From Kiritimatiellia bacterium (GTDB lineage: Bacteria; Verrucomicrobiota; Kiritimatiellia; RFP12; UBA1067): 64,000 nucleotides of DNA. The stretch covers positions 147,941 through 211,940 of the forward strand of contig JBMNFY010000006.1 of assembly GCA_050949565.1 (NCBI GenBank), read 5' to 3'. Each line of letters starts with the position of its first letter. Within the stretch, counting starts at the first letter, position 1. The position numbers were made by a program, and so were the translations under genes. The notes under the pieces are model-generated. The model searched no databases. It was not told the DNA's origin and was given only the letters and a program-made list of their open reading frames with translations. Below, one piece after another: positions 22,001-31,788 of this stretch.

Positions 22001-22673
22001 AGCCAATATTTGCGCCCGGATCGCACGCCGGGAAGACTTGCACACCGCGCCGCGGACGCGGGGCGAAAGTGAGCGGTTCGAAGCGTTCGGTGAAGACCGC
22101 CAGACTGTTGAAGTAGATCACCCGATCCTCGGTGTTGTGTCCATTGGTGATGTCGATCGCCACGAGCGTGGCGCCGTTTGCGGCACGTGCGATTTGCTCT
22201 GGGACCAGTCGCCGGTGACAGAGGAACCACTCCTTGAAGTGTACGCGGGCCAACGGTACCGAAAGGCGCGCTCCGGCGCTGTCAGTGAAGCGTAGCGTGA
22301 CCGATACCGGCGGCGTATCGGATCTAGGCGCATAGTTGTGATTGTTGCCGTAGATCCAACAGGTCACAGCATCAAACGCACTGGTTATCGCCACCGGCGC
22401 GGGCGGTAACAGAGTGACGCGCGGATGGGGACCGGTCGCGCGGTAGGTGAGTTTGGCGACACCGTCTCCAAAGAGCAGAACTTCGTCCGAACGTTCGAAA
22501 CGCGCGGCGGCATCCTGAGTCTCGACGCGCCAACCGTCGGCTCCAGTGAACGGGATCAGCGCCGGATGGTCATCCTGCAGACGTCCGGCCCGCACGCGTT
22601 CATATGGCGGCTCTCCGGCACCCTGCACACTCAACGCCACCGCACAACATACAATTCCGAACCACTTTTTCAT
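19068..22673 (-). CDS. Large secreted putative glycoside hydrolase (GH101/GH129-like barrel) with C-terminal NPCBM-like module
   Basis: Signal peptide; YGPYNNFTDFAP, AYCDVHTAVTPW and VYSEG motifs; C-terminal GLFMHPPYKGG..SDLGDGLLF..GDWGAW. Confidence 0.65.
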   Translation of the reverse strand: MKKWFGIVCCAVALSVQGAGEPPYERVRAGRLQDDHPALIPFTGADGWRVETQDAAARFERSDEVLLFGDGVAKLTYRATGPHPRVTLLPPAPVAITSAFDAVTCWIYGNNHNYAPRSDTPPVSVTLRFTDSAGARLSVPLARVHFKEWFLCHRRLVPEQIARAANGATLVAIDITNGHNTEDRVIYFNSLAVFTERFEPLTFAPRPRRGVQVFPACDPGANIGSTTLPFPNTPLTVVPRDPVPSVARVGRNESGRYHLVREGKDGRLEFRLPAQLGAWDDMAVRWGDGAWANIGLEGGLYFAPTVPTGTLARAESETMTVTTDGKSVTYAGRLTQGGRSIEAEVRFQLFGKSLVMDIQAGQGEIGEVRFGATRGFVNPRLATLPYYTYGFTDGGMVRPAVVISGELDAPLFFMAHIDWTQSNASFPFAKNMRFDGALSSNGGTRYTPKTDGQRNPCFERFVMTLSPRFEDVLPNIPNPPSPWKSVTGTRVWRAHGAGNRANDATYWRNVHRWGMTEIVVTDHETGWRDGNESFTFRTDPAPKKGGDKGQYDYARIMQDELGFVYGPYNNFTDFAPVNGFWHIDLISRTPDNQLQHAWERCYAPKPARAVEFCERLAPIIQKKFGFSTAYCDVHTAVTPWSRVDYDPRVPGAGTFAAVFYAYGEIMLLQKAAWKGPVYSEGDNHFLYCGLTDGNYAQDQRYNIHENPWLVDFDLRCLHPLCCNFGMGNLDMFYPRKSAPSDPEVARDRFLAATVAFGHPGFLLHGREGELRSYYMVQALASRYTQVAADTIRYADADGALHETTAALANGAYMRSQVTTRYADGTVTVANGHPEARMKVTVADQSLDLPPNGYWGRSGDGTVRVFSGEVNGRRADLAVAPAYTYIDGRGHFTRFDEGAAAGVAICRALTNGMAEILMHKCTEAGFPYAFSDVVALDATNGVLGTADVRTARGLSFVQPVKGAFSYRARRGASAPTAALTCARACVKPGERVVIKGTAEHAVTIPADARPGARLWFEREGAWIDFTVENPPPPPAPAVKKGRPLPSLYARGMALRGQAERELDSTTGAEIYATSSTCGGVTKPRGLFMHPPYKGGTGYAFARYTLTLPTAPMQIRCAVGKQDGSDLGDGLLFKIAVEDTEGRRHEIAQCHVATHAWHTLEGSLAPWAGQTVSLLLITDVGDKNNSSGDWGAWAEMELTQIER

Positions 22674-22763
22674 CTCATTCCCCCATGTTTCGAAAACACT
22701 ACTTAATCATGCGGAACAGTCTATGCGTTTCGGCATGCGCTTGGCAATAGTGTTTTGGTGTCT

Positions 22764-24480
22764 TTATACGCCGCAGGCGCTATCCCAGACCATACGTCCG
22801 CAAAAGTAGGTGCGCAGGACTGAGCATGACTCGATCTCGATCGGCGGCACGCTGCGCGGATCACGGTCGAGCACGATGAAGTCGGCCGAAAGCCCCGGCA
22901 GCAAGGCACCGCATTCGTTTTCGCAGCGCATCAGAAAAGCACCGTGCCGCGTATAACTGGCCAGCATGCGCTCGACGCTGACGCGCTGTCCTTTGCCGAG
23001 CAGATAACGTTTACTATCGGCGCGGGTGATGTCGGCTACGCCGTACCATGCGGCAGCCGCCAGATTGCGCGTCACGCCGATTTCAATCGCGACCAGCGGA
23101 TTCGGATGCACGGTGATCGGATGGTCCGAAGAGGAGGCGACAACCAAGCCTTCATCGAACAGCCGCCGCAGCGGGTATTCGCGTGTCGCCCGGCGCACAC
23201 CCAGCATCGTGGCATCGACGCGGTTCCACCACTGCGGTTCTTTCATGTGCCAGAAGGGCTGGACAGAAGCCACCACGCCGAGATGACGCATGCGGCGGAT
23301 GTCCTGCGTCCGTACTATCTGGAGGTGGGTGATGACCGGTCGCGCGTCACGCCAGCGCGCGGCCCCAGCCTGTCGCAGCGCATTGAGGACGCGTCGCGTG
23401 GCGGCATCGCCAATCGCGTGTGTGAACGTCTGGAATCCGGCACGATGCGTCACGCGAAACGCCGTCGCCAAATCACTCAGCCCCCACACCGCCGCATTGT
23501 TCGCGTCGCTTTCGCGGCCCGCCTTGGCGGCGTAAGGCGCACACAGAAAGGCGGTGCCCCCTTCAATCACGCCGTCGGCAAAAAACTTCGCGCTCGTGAC
23601 TTTGAAAAGCGTGCCGTCACAGCGAGCCTTGGTTTCGCGTAGCGCGGCGATCTGCTCATCAATACTGTCTTCAGGGCCGATCTCCTGAGCGAAGCGGACC
23701 CGCATCAACAGATCGCCCTCACGTTCCATGCGATGAAAGGCTTCGGCGGATGCGCCCAGTCCCGCACCTTGGATGCTGACAATGCCGGTGATGCCGTAGC
23801 GGTGCATGCGGGTCTGATAGAGTTTCAAGGCGCGTATCGTCTGTTGCTCCGAATAGGTTTTTGGGCGGTATCAGTTTGGTGGCCTCTTCCTTGAGCGTAC
23901 CCCACAACGCGCCGGTGTGCGGGTCGCGCTCGATCACGCCGCCGGCGGGGTCAGGCGTGCGCGGCGTGATGCCGTAACGGGCGAACGCCGCGCTGTTGAG
24001 CCAGAGCGCGTGGCCGTCATACGAGCGCAGGATGATCGCCCGATCCTCCGACAACGCATCAAGACGCGCCTTGCGTGGACCGTGGATCAGTTCTTTGTCG
24101 GTAAAGCCCGCGATGTCCCAGCCTGCACCGCGCACCTCATCGGCGTCGGGTTGTTCACGCATAAAACGGCGCACGGCTTGCAGGCAGTCGTCCGGCGATT
24201 TGCAGGTGTAAAGCGAAACCTCGTACAGGTCCGCCAACGCCGTGCCGGGCGCGTGCGTGTGTGAGTCCAAGAATCCCGGCATTACAAATGCGCCGCGCAA
24301 ATCCTCAATCTCGGTGTTCGGTCCAGCAAAACGCAACACCGCTTCTTTACTACCTGTCGCGAGTACGCGGCCATCCTTGACCGCCAATGCGGCAGCGGTT
24401 CGATTCTCCGCGTCACCGATCCACACGGTCGCACCGGTATAGATCCAGTCGGCGGTAACGGCTTGTTTGGCGGAACTCAC
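22764..24480 (-). pseudogene. YtcJ-like amidohydrolase (amidohydro_3), frameshifted at a homopolymer
   Basis: N-half has DLRGAFVMPGFLDSHTH and DGHALWLNSAA. C-half has KFFADG, HAIGDAA, THLQ, SSDHP and GLSADFIVLD. Removing one T from T5 at 23858-23862 joins them (..PPKTYSEQQTIRALKLYQ..). Confidence 0.85.
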
Positions 24481-24724
24481 GGTGCAACTCCTTTTTTCTC
24501 CTGCCCGGCAGACCAGAGCATGTTTGCAAATTACGAAGCGGACACATTAGCAAATCTGCGGAAACGAGGCTATTTCGATAAATTAAAGGGAGAAGGGGGG
24601 CGTAGTTTGACATTAGACATTCGAAAGTTGCGGAGCGCTTTCGCAGTGTGGTAATGTTGTGTTGCCATGGCAAGGCGACCGAGGCACCACCGGAAGGATG
24701 GCGGTTCGGCTGAAAACCAACGAG

Positions 24725-25243
24725 CCTTGTGTCCGGTATCCGGCTCGCTTTCGGCGGTTCGGGACGCCCCGCCGTACTGTGCTGCGCGCCGGTCATTCAC
24801 CCGTCTCGCGGAGCGTCGGGAGGGACGAGCGTTGCTCGTCCGGGCGGCGTTTCACGCCGCCACACGGGCAAGATGCCCGTGCCACACAGCCCGGCATCGG
24901 CCTTGCGTCCGGTATCCGGCTCGCTTTCGGCGGTTCGGGACGCCCCGCCGTACTGTGCTGCGCGCCGGTCATTCACCCGTCTCGCGGAGCGTCGGGAGGG
25001 ACGAGCGTTGCTCGTCCGGGCGGCGTTTTCACGCCGCCACACGGGCAAGATGCCCGTGCCACACAGCTCGGCATCGGCCTTGCGTCCGGTATCCGGCTCG
25101 CTTTCGGTGGTTCGGGACGCCCCGCCGTACTTGTGCTGCGCGCCGGTCATTCACCCGTCTCGCGGAGCGTCGGGAGGGACGAGCGTTGCTCGTCCGGGCG
25201 GCGTTTTCACGCCGCCACACGGGCAAGATGCCCGTGCCACACA
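24725..25243. repeat. Three tandem ~177-bp units built from REP-like hairpins (BIME-like)
   Basis: Units start at 24725, 24901 and 25078 and are near-identical. Each has GGACGAGC-GTT-GCTCGTCC, GGCGGCGT..ACGCCGCC and CACGGGCA-AGA-TGCCCGTG hairpins. Confidence 0.92.
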
Positions 25244-25358
25244 TGGTCGCTGCGACTTGCGGCCAGCCCTGCCCCCAAAAATCTGTGTCCATCTGTGGAT
25301 AAAAAACCCGAGCACTGCCAAACAAACTAATGCACTAATGCACTAATTAACTCATGCA

Positions 25359-26696
25359 CTAATCGGGCTGGCCTGTCACGACGGTCAACCGGTACGGCGT
25401 ATTGCCGACAGGTGTCAGGCGGGTGGCGAAGCCAGGCGTGGCCAGAAGCGTCAGTTGATCCGGCGTGTCGGGAATCCAGAGTGCTTCGCAGCCGGGCCGG
25501 TCGCGCAACAGTGCGACGCCGCGCTGCGGACCGAGAATAAACAGAGCGGTGGAAAGCGCGTCGGCGGTCATGGCGTCCGGCGCAATCACGGTGACGCCCG
25601 CCATGCCTGTGACGGGCTGGCCGGTGCGGCCGTCCATGATGTGGGCGTAGCGGAGTCCGTCAATCTCGACGAAGCGCTCGTAATTGCCGGATGTGGCGAC
25701 CGCCTCGCCATCGTGCATGAGGAACTTGCCGACCAGCGCATTGGACTGAAAGGGATTACGCACACCGGTGCGCCAACCGCCGCGTTCCGGTGCGGCCTCG
25801 CCGAGTGCGCGCAGGTTACCGCCGAGGTCGATCAGCAGGTTGGTGTGTCCTGCGGCTTTGAGGCGCTCCCACGCCACGTCCACTGCGTAGCCCTTGGCAA
25901 TCGCGCCTAAGTCGAGCTTCATGCCGGGGGTGGCAAGTCGGACAGTGGTCTGTGCGCCGGTCGCAAGATGGACGTCATGCCACCGTGTGCGGGTCAGCAG
26001 CGCGGCGAGGTCTTCGTCGGCGGGGCGTATGGGACGCGGCACGCCATTGAATCCCCAGGCCTGCATGACCGGCCCGATCAGGGGATTGAAGGCACCTTCG
26101 GTGTCGGCACAGTACGTCAGCGCGGTCTGCAATATGGTGGCGAAATTAGAGGAAACGGCCACCGGCTGCGGGGTGCCCGCCGCCGCGTTGACGGCACTGA
26201 GCGTGCTGGCGGGATTCCAAGCCGAGAGTTCGTTGTCTAACGCTTGGAAGGTGCGTTGCGCGATGTCGCGCGCCTGCGGTGCGGCGGCGGTGTCCGCGCA
26301 CTGCACAGCGGCGATGGTACCCATCGTCGGCCATTCGAGACGCAGCGGCACGGGGGGAGCAGGACGGCAAGCGGTGAACAGGAGCGCAAAGGAAAGTGAA
26401 TAACGAATAACGAATAGTGAATAATGAGACACAGGGACACTTGGTTTCTGGTTTCTGGTTTCACGGCGGTGTAAACGCCGCCCCCAGAACCGGCAAGCGT
26501 CTGCTTGCCCGGCGGCGGCCACTCTTTCGCTTCGGGTCTTTGCGCCTTCGCGTGATAATCCAAAAAGCCTTTGTGTCCTTCGTGCCTTCGTGTGAATAAA
26601 GGCTGAGCAATGTATGAAACCAGAAACCAGAAACCAGAAACCAAATATCACGCGCTCGGCTCGCACGATCCCTGTTGCCAACCGGTTATTCTTCAT
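25359..26696 (-). CDS. apbE: FAD:protein FMN transferase (ApbE) lipoprotein
   Basis: PTMGT, DLGAIAKGYAVD, IDLGGN, VATSGNYERF, HIMDGRTG, ADALSTALF; lipobox LLFTAC. Start is either the coupled ATG at 26696 or GTG at 26432. Confidence 0.92.
   Translation of the reverse strand: MKNNRLATGIVRAERVIFGFWFLVSGFIHCSAFIHTKARRTQRLFGLSREGAKTRSERVAAAGQADACRFWGRRLHRRETRNQKPSVPVSHYSLFVIRYSLSFALLFTACRPAPPVPLRLEWPTMGTIAAVQCADTAAAPQARDIAQRTFQALDNELSAWNPASTLSAVNAAAGTPQPVAVSSNFATILQTALTYCADTEGAFNPLIGPVMQAWGFNGVPRPIRPADEDLAALLTRTRWHDVHLATGAQTTVRLATPGMKLDLGAIAKGYAVDVAWERLKAAGHTNLLIDLGGNLRALGEAAPERGGWRTGVRNPFQSNALVGKFLMHDGEAVATSGNYERFVEIDGLRYAHIMDGRTGQPVTGMAGVTVIAPDAMTADALSTALFILGPQRGVALLRDRPGCEALWIPDTPDQLTLLATPGFATRLTPVGNTPYRLTVVTGQPD
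26398..26645. repeat. Mixed short-tandem-repeat/REP cassette
   Basis: GAATAAC heptamers; TTTCTGG repeats at ~26441-26462 with inverted AAACCAG repeats at ~26617-26645; GGCAAGCGTCTGCTTGCC hairpin inside. Confidence 0.8.
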
Positions 26697-29600
26697 GGTA
26701 CACGAACCTTGATGCGGAAAAATGCGGTGGGCGCATCAGCCGGCAGATCGACGCTGAGCGGTGCGCCGGTGCCCGGCATGTCGATGCACTCCGGCAGGGG
26801 TTGCCATGCGGGCGGTTGCAACGTGGGTGAGGTTTCGACCGTGTAGAGGCGACCGGCCACGCCGTTCCACACGAGCACGAGCGTGCCTTGCGGTGTGCGC
26901 GAGAACGAGACCGCAAGACGGTCGGTCGGGTCGGTGGCATCGGTGCCTGCGATCTCTTCATCGGCGGAGGTCATACCGTCCGCGTCGATGTCGCCGTCGG
27001 CGTCGAGTACCAGCAAGAACGCTTCGAGCGGCTGGCTGCGGTTGCCGGCCGGATCGATCGCAACAACGCGGAAGAGGTGTTCGCGGTCGAGCGCGTTCGT
27101 GAGGCAGAGCGTCGCGGAGACTGTGGTGACTTCGGCAGTTGCAGCGGCGCAACTGAGCTGATAGGTGAGGTTGGTGGCGGGATTGTCGACGGCGGCTGGC
27201 CAACTCACGGTCAGGTCATTGGTCGTGATCGCATAGGTGCCGATGGCGCTGAGCGGCGCGAACGCGAGTACGCCGGGTAGGAAGGATGGCGGCGCGTTGT
27301 CGACTGTGAACCATGCCGAGGTGAAGGCGGACTGGAAGTAGCCGTTGTCGGCGGTGACGCGCAACAGCGCCTGGGTTGTGACGGCGGGCGGCGGCAGGAC
27401 ATCGTGCGTGGGCCAAACTGCGGCGAGGGTGTTGGTGACGTTGACGCGGTTGGTGGCGGTCGGCAGGCCGGGCACGGCATCGTCGGGAACGAAGGGCAGG
27501 GGAGCGCCGAAGTCGGCGGTCAGATTGGTGAGCGCGGCGGTTTGCCAGTGCGCGCCGCCGTCGGCTGACCATTGGAAGGCGAGGCTGACCGGCTCGCCGT
27601 CGTCATCGGCGACATTCGCGGCGAGGTACACAAGGCCGTCACCGTCGGTAGACTGCGCGGCGGTGAAGGCGGTCAGGCGCGGGAAGTCGCGGATGGCGAG
27701 TTGCCAGTCGAAAAATGCGTGCGGCGTGACGGGGTCGTTGGAATCGATGAACACTCTGATGGTATCGTCGCGTAGCGTCATGCCGGCGGGGAAGGTGCCC
27801 CAGTTGATGCGCGCGAGATAACCGCCAGAGGTGGAGTAGGGGGTGTTGATGGCGACATCGGGCGCGAAGGCGGGATGCGCGAGCAGCGGCGTGAGCGTGA
27901 TATCGTCGATGTACCAGCCTTCGCGGTCGGTGTTGTTGTCGCCGCCGTAGTGGAAGCGGAAGAGGAGCGTGCGCCCGGCGAAGCCGTTCTGTTCGGGGTA
28001 GAGGGCGGCGAGGTCGAAGGTGGCGGTACGCCAGCCCTCGGTGCCGTTGCCGGCGAAGCAGGGTGTGCCGTCGGGCCAGGGCGAGCAGGCCCAGCCGTAG
28101 ATCGTGTGGGTGTAGGTGCCGCGGAGCTGTTCGAAGGTTGTACCGCCGTCGGCGGAGATTTCGACGATGCCGCCATCGAAGGTGCGCGTCGAGTGGCGGG
28201 ATTCGACTTCGGAGTGGATCCAGTAGTTGAATGAAAAGCGGGCGTTGGCACCGATCAGAGAAGGCGGCAGGGTGATGGTGGCGCGTTCGGGCGTGTTGGG
28301 CAGGCGGCGCGAGACCAAGACGGCGTGGAGCGCGTAGGGCGGCGAGACGGAGCGGTTGGTGGAGACCTGCCAAGCTTGGCCGAGCGAACGCCAGTCCCAA
28401 TGGAGCAGGTTGGTGGTTGTGATGGATTCGTCGCGCGCGAAGCGCAACGACCATTCGAGGGGCGCGTTACCGGTGTTGTGGAGATTCATGGCGGCGGAGA
28501 AGGGGGCTTGCGTGGGCAGCGCGACGTGCGCGATGTCATGGAAGCGCGAGGTGTCCGCCACGGGATGGTAGACGAAAAAGAAGAAGGTTTCAGTTACGCT
28601 GACGCGGCCATCGGGATCGACTGCGGTGATGCGGTATTCAACATCGTCGCCCGGCGTCGAGGGGTCGAGGATCGCGGCGGTGAAGAGGTCGTTGGAAAGT
28701 GGAGTCATGACAGTGGTTTGCCAAGGGTCGGTGCGGCGACGCCATTCGACTGCGGCGGTGACGGCGTGGGTGTCGGTGATGAGCGCCGTGATGGTAAAGG
28801 GGCCGGGACGCGTCTGGAACTCATCAAGCGGTTCGTGCGTGATGACGGGCGGGGCCGGGACGGAGGCGGCGTCGAGCGGGTTGGTTCGGTCGGCGAACTC
28901 TTCGGCGTTGGTGAAGCCGTCGAGGTCGTCGTCAGCGGCGGAGTCGAGTCCGTTGGTGCCGGTGTACCGGATCTCCCACCAATCGGCGAGTCCGTTGTCG
29001 TCAGCGTCGAGGTCGGCAGGCAGGTAGATCGCCTCGAGGGTGTGCGGGGTGTCCATGGAGAGCGTGCCATAAGCAGGTGCGCAGGCAGCGGGTGCGGAGG
29101 GCGAGCGTGCGCCGTCAAGGCGCCACTCGGTGAAGACGTGGGGCACGGGGTCGTTGGTGAGCGTGGCGGGGGCTGGGGGGACGGCGAGGGGCTGGCCTTC
29201 AGCACCCCAAAGATGCTGGGCGGGGAAGGCCGGGTGCGCGGAAGTGAGCGTGAGGCGGTGTTGGCGTTGCCAGAGCCAGACCAGCATGGAGTGCGTGGCG
29301 ACGGGGAACGACACGGTTAGGTTCGTGCCGCTTTGCGGGGTGCTACCGGTGCCAAAAAAACCGGTGGCAGCGTAGCGTGTTGAATCAGTGACCGGCACCA
29401 ACGGCGGCGCGGTGGCGGTGGCGACGAGACCAGAGGCGAAGTAGGTGGTGCCGTAGTCAGGCGCAACGGGGCCGATATCGAAAGGCGAGCCGCAGACTTC
29501 CAGATTGAGGCGGTCGGTGACGTGAAAACTTGCGTTGTCAGCATCGGCGGGCCAGCCGCCCTCGTAGCCGGCGTGGTTCGCGGCCGTGAGGCGGTAGGTG

Positions 29601-31666
29601 ACGCGCGTGCGGGCAGGTTGCGGGGCGATTGCGCCTTCAAAGAGATTGCCGGAGAGCTGCGTCATCTGCTGCGTGTGGATCACACCGGGGGCGCGGTCGG
29701 TCTGCCACAGCAGCCTGACGGATTCGGGGTCATAGAGCCCGAGTGGTTCGAGTGTACAGGTGACGCGGTACGCAGTCTGCGTGTCGTACGTGTTGATGAG
29801 CGGTTCGTGCGTGATGACGGGCGGCACGATGTTGAGGGCTGGCGCGAAGGAGAGCGCGGGGTCACCGAAAAGGTTAAGTTCGTAGTAGACCCAGCGCCAG
29901 TGGTTCGCGGCATACGGAACCAGCATGTGCAGATTGGCGCGACGCGATGCTTCGTTGATGGCGCCCAGACGTGTGGCCGTGCCGCGCAGGGCGGCATCCA
30001 GGAAGCTGCGGTGAAAGCGATGGGAATGGCCGCCGATCACGCCGACGAATTCCCAGCCCGCCCGCGCATTCATGACAGCGGCGCAGGCGGCGTTGCTGAC
30101 CGTGACGATCTGTTCGGCGAAGCAGTCCGGCCTGTCGAAGGCGCCACAGTCACAGGCTTGCGAGTAGATGAAGTAGGGGAGCGAGTTGGTGAAGGCGGCA
30201 ACGGTGGCCTGATGGTTGGTTTTTGAAAGTGGTATTTTCATGCAGGTCGTGGCGCTGCCGTGACCGAGGTGATTGATCGAGAAGTAGTCGCGGTTGAGGT
30301 GGTTCAGTGCGTCTGTGGTGTCCCATAGGCCGAGATCCGAATCGTAGAGCGTATGTGACGTGTCGAAGACATCGGCGTAGGGCGAGTTCTCATAACCCAT
30401 GGAAACGAGGGCGTAAGTGTTGGTTCCCCATCGCAGCTCTTCCATAAAGCCGGTGGCGTAAACGACCGATCCAAAGTTCACCTTTTCGGCCAGAAAGGCG
30501 TTGGGCGCGAGTTCGGCGGCTGTCGCGCTTTCATGGCGCAGTGTTTTACGCACCATATGGGCGAGTTCGTCCGTCGTGGCCACCGGGAAGCGACCGACCA
30601 TGATCTCAGCGATCAGATCAACATCTTTGCCGTTGAGACCATCGGTAATCTCCCCGTAGCGACCGTTGCCGTTGCCATCGAAGGGGCCGTCGAGGCAACC
30701 GTAGTAGATGGCATCGGAGGGAATCTCGGCGGTCACCGTGGAGAGGATGTCGGTAACCGAGATATACAACTTGCGCGCCGGGATGAGGTCGAACGTGCCG
30801 ACGATCAACAGGTCGCGGATGCCCCATTGCGCGTAGGCTTCTTGCAGGAAGGCGCGGATTTTGGCGGGGAGGTCAGGGCCGTCGTACTGCGCGGCGACCC
30901 ATTCGACGGTCACGAGGCCGGGCGCGTAGCCGGAGCGTGCGCGCGCCTCGCAGAGGGCTTGCAGGTTCCAGGGACCTGGGGCGTGATGAATCAGGTTCGA
31001 GGTGGAGAGCACCAGATAGGTACAGGGCGTCTCCGGCGAAAGTTCAAACGCGGCGGGCGGCGTCATGGCGCGGCGCGTGCCGCCCAGCGCCTGCGCGAGA
31101 CGCGGCGGCGGTGCGGGCGGGAGCGGGGGGGCAGGGCGGAGGGACACGGTGACGGCGAGGCTTTCCGCCGCGAGCAGACGGCGGGCGGCAGGCAGGTAGC
31201 GCACCGGATAGAGCGGGACACTGAGCAGCGCGGCGTCGCGGCAGCGATCAACGCGCCAGGTAGTAAGCGTAAGGTCGGGGTAGGGGTCGGTCTGGGCGTA
31301 GACGGCTGCGTCGGGGCCGATGGCCGGGGCAGGCGGTGCGCCGGGGATGCGCGGCGGCTGCCCCCACTCCAGTGGGCCGGGAAGTGGCAACTCGTTCTCG
31401 ACCAACGGCTTGATCGTTACGGTCTCAACCTCAAAGCCGTCGGGAAGCGTGAAGGTGGCGCCCCGCACCGGCAGCACCGGCAGCGCCGACCGGACATCCG
31501 GCGCGCACCCCTCCACCGTCACCCGGGAGGTGTTGTCCGCAAGCGTGATGACGGTCGGTGGCGCGAAGTGAAACACGCGCGTGAGCGTTTCGGCTGACCG
31601 TGCACATGGACTCAGGGCCAGCAAACACGCGCCGACAGTGGCGACCGGATGGAAAACACAACGCAT
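26693..31666 (-). CDS. C25 (gingipain-like) cysteine peptidase, multidomain, secreted
   Basis: Propeptide (LYPVRYLP), PSDAIYYGCLDG, IMVGRFPV, catalytic NHLGHG and YSQACD, LNLFGDP; DxDxDG repeats; immune-inhibitor-like FDGGIVEIS..GWYIDDI; tail FFRIKV. Confidence 0.88.
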   Translation of the reverse strand: MRCVFHPVATVGACLLALSPCARSAETLTRVFHFAPPTVITLADNTSRVTVEGCAPDVRSALPVLPVRGATFTLPDGFEVETVTIKPLVENELPLPGPLEWGQPPRIPGAPPAPAIGPDAAVYAQTDPYPDLTLTTWRVDRCRDAALLSVPLYPVRYLPAARRLLAAESLAVTVSLRPAPPLPPAPPPRLAQALGGTRRAMTPPAAFELSPETPCTYLVLSTSNLIHHAPGPWNLQALCEARARSGYAPGLVTVEWVAAQYDGPDLPAKIRAFLQEAYAQWGIRDLLIVGTFDLIPARKLYISVTDILSTVTAEIPSDAIYYGCLDGPFDGNGNGRYGEITDGLNGKDVDLIAEIMVGRFPVATTDELAHMVRKTLRHESATAAELAPNAFLAEKVNFGSVVYATGFMEELRWGTNTYALVSMGYENSPYADVFDTSHTLYDSDLGLWDTTDALNHLNRDYFSINHLGHGSATTCMKIPLSKTNHQATVAAFTNSLPYFIYSQACDCGAFDRPDCFAEQIVTVSNAACAAVMNARAGWEFVGVIGGHSHRFHRSFLDAALRGTATRLGAINEASRRANLHMLVPYAANHWRWVYYELNLFGDPALSFAPALNIVPPVITHEPLINTYDTQTAYRVTCTLEPLGLYDPESVRLLWQTDRAPGVIHTQQMTQLSGNLFEGAIAPQPARTRVTYRLTAANHAGYEGGWPADADNASFHVTDRLNLEVCGSPFDIGPVAPDYGTTYFASGLVATATAPPLVPVTDSTRYAATGFFGTGSTPQSGTNLTVSFPVATHSMLVWLWQRQHRLTLTSAHPAFPAQHLWGAEGQPLAVPPAPATLTNDPVPHVFTEWRLDGARSPSAPAACAPAYGTLSMDTPHTLEAIYLPADLDADDNGLADWWEIRYTGTNGLDSAADDDLDGFTNAEEFADRTNPLDAASVPAPPVITHEPLDEFQTRPGPFTITALITDTHAVTAAVEWRRRTDPWQTTVMTPLSNDLFTAAILDPSTPGDDVEYRITAVDPDGRVSVTETFFFFVYHPVADTSRFHDIAHVALPTQAPFSAAMNLHNTGNAPLEWSLRFARDESITTTNLLHWDWRSLGQAWQVSTNRSVSPPYALHAVLVSRRLPNTPERATITLPPSLIGANARFSFNYWIHSEVESRHSTRTFDGGIVEISADGGTTFEQLRGTYTHTIYGWACSPWPDGTPCFAGNGTEGWRTATFDLAALYPEQNGFAGRTLLFRFHYGGDNNTDREGWYIDDITLTPLLAHPAFAPDVAINTPYSTSGGYLARINWGTFPAGMTLRDDTIRVFIDSNDPVTPHAFFDWQLAIRDFPRLTAFTAAQSTDGDGLVYLAANVADDDGEPVSLAFQWSADGGAHWQTAALTNLTADFGAPLPFVPDDAVPGLPTATNRVNVTNTLAAVWPTHDVLPPPAVTTQALLRVTADNGYFQSAFTSAWFTVDNAPPSFLPGVLAFAPLSAIGTYAITTNDLTVSWPAAVDNPATNLTYQLSCAAATAEVTTVSATLCLTNALDREHLFRVVAIDPAGNRSQPLEAFLLVLDADGDIDADGMTSADEEIAGTDATDPTDRLAVSFSRTPQGTLVLVWNGVAGRLYTVETSPTLQPPAWQPLPECIDMPGTGAPLSVDLPADAPTAFFRIKVRVP

Positions 31667-31788
31667 GTAGAACAGTTTAGAGGAGTCGCACAGGCGCGAC
31701 AATCACGAATTTCGACTTGGTATCCCGGCGGAGATTCAATACACTACACGCATTCGTCATGAATCATGTACAGCAACACGGGAGGGGT

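Noticed and set aside
23858-23862. Programmed frameshift or phase variation in the amidohydrolase
   Set aside because: It is a single extra base in a 5-nt homopolymer. With another indel in flotillin, sequencing error or simple decay is more likely, and it cannot be resolved without reads.
24725-25243. Possible CRISPR array or coding ORFs in the tandem repeat
   Set aside because: Whole units are repeated with no unique spacers, and the ORFs are simply translations of the GC-rich repeat.
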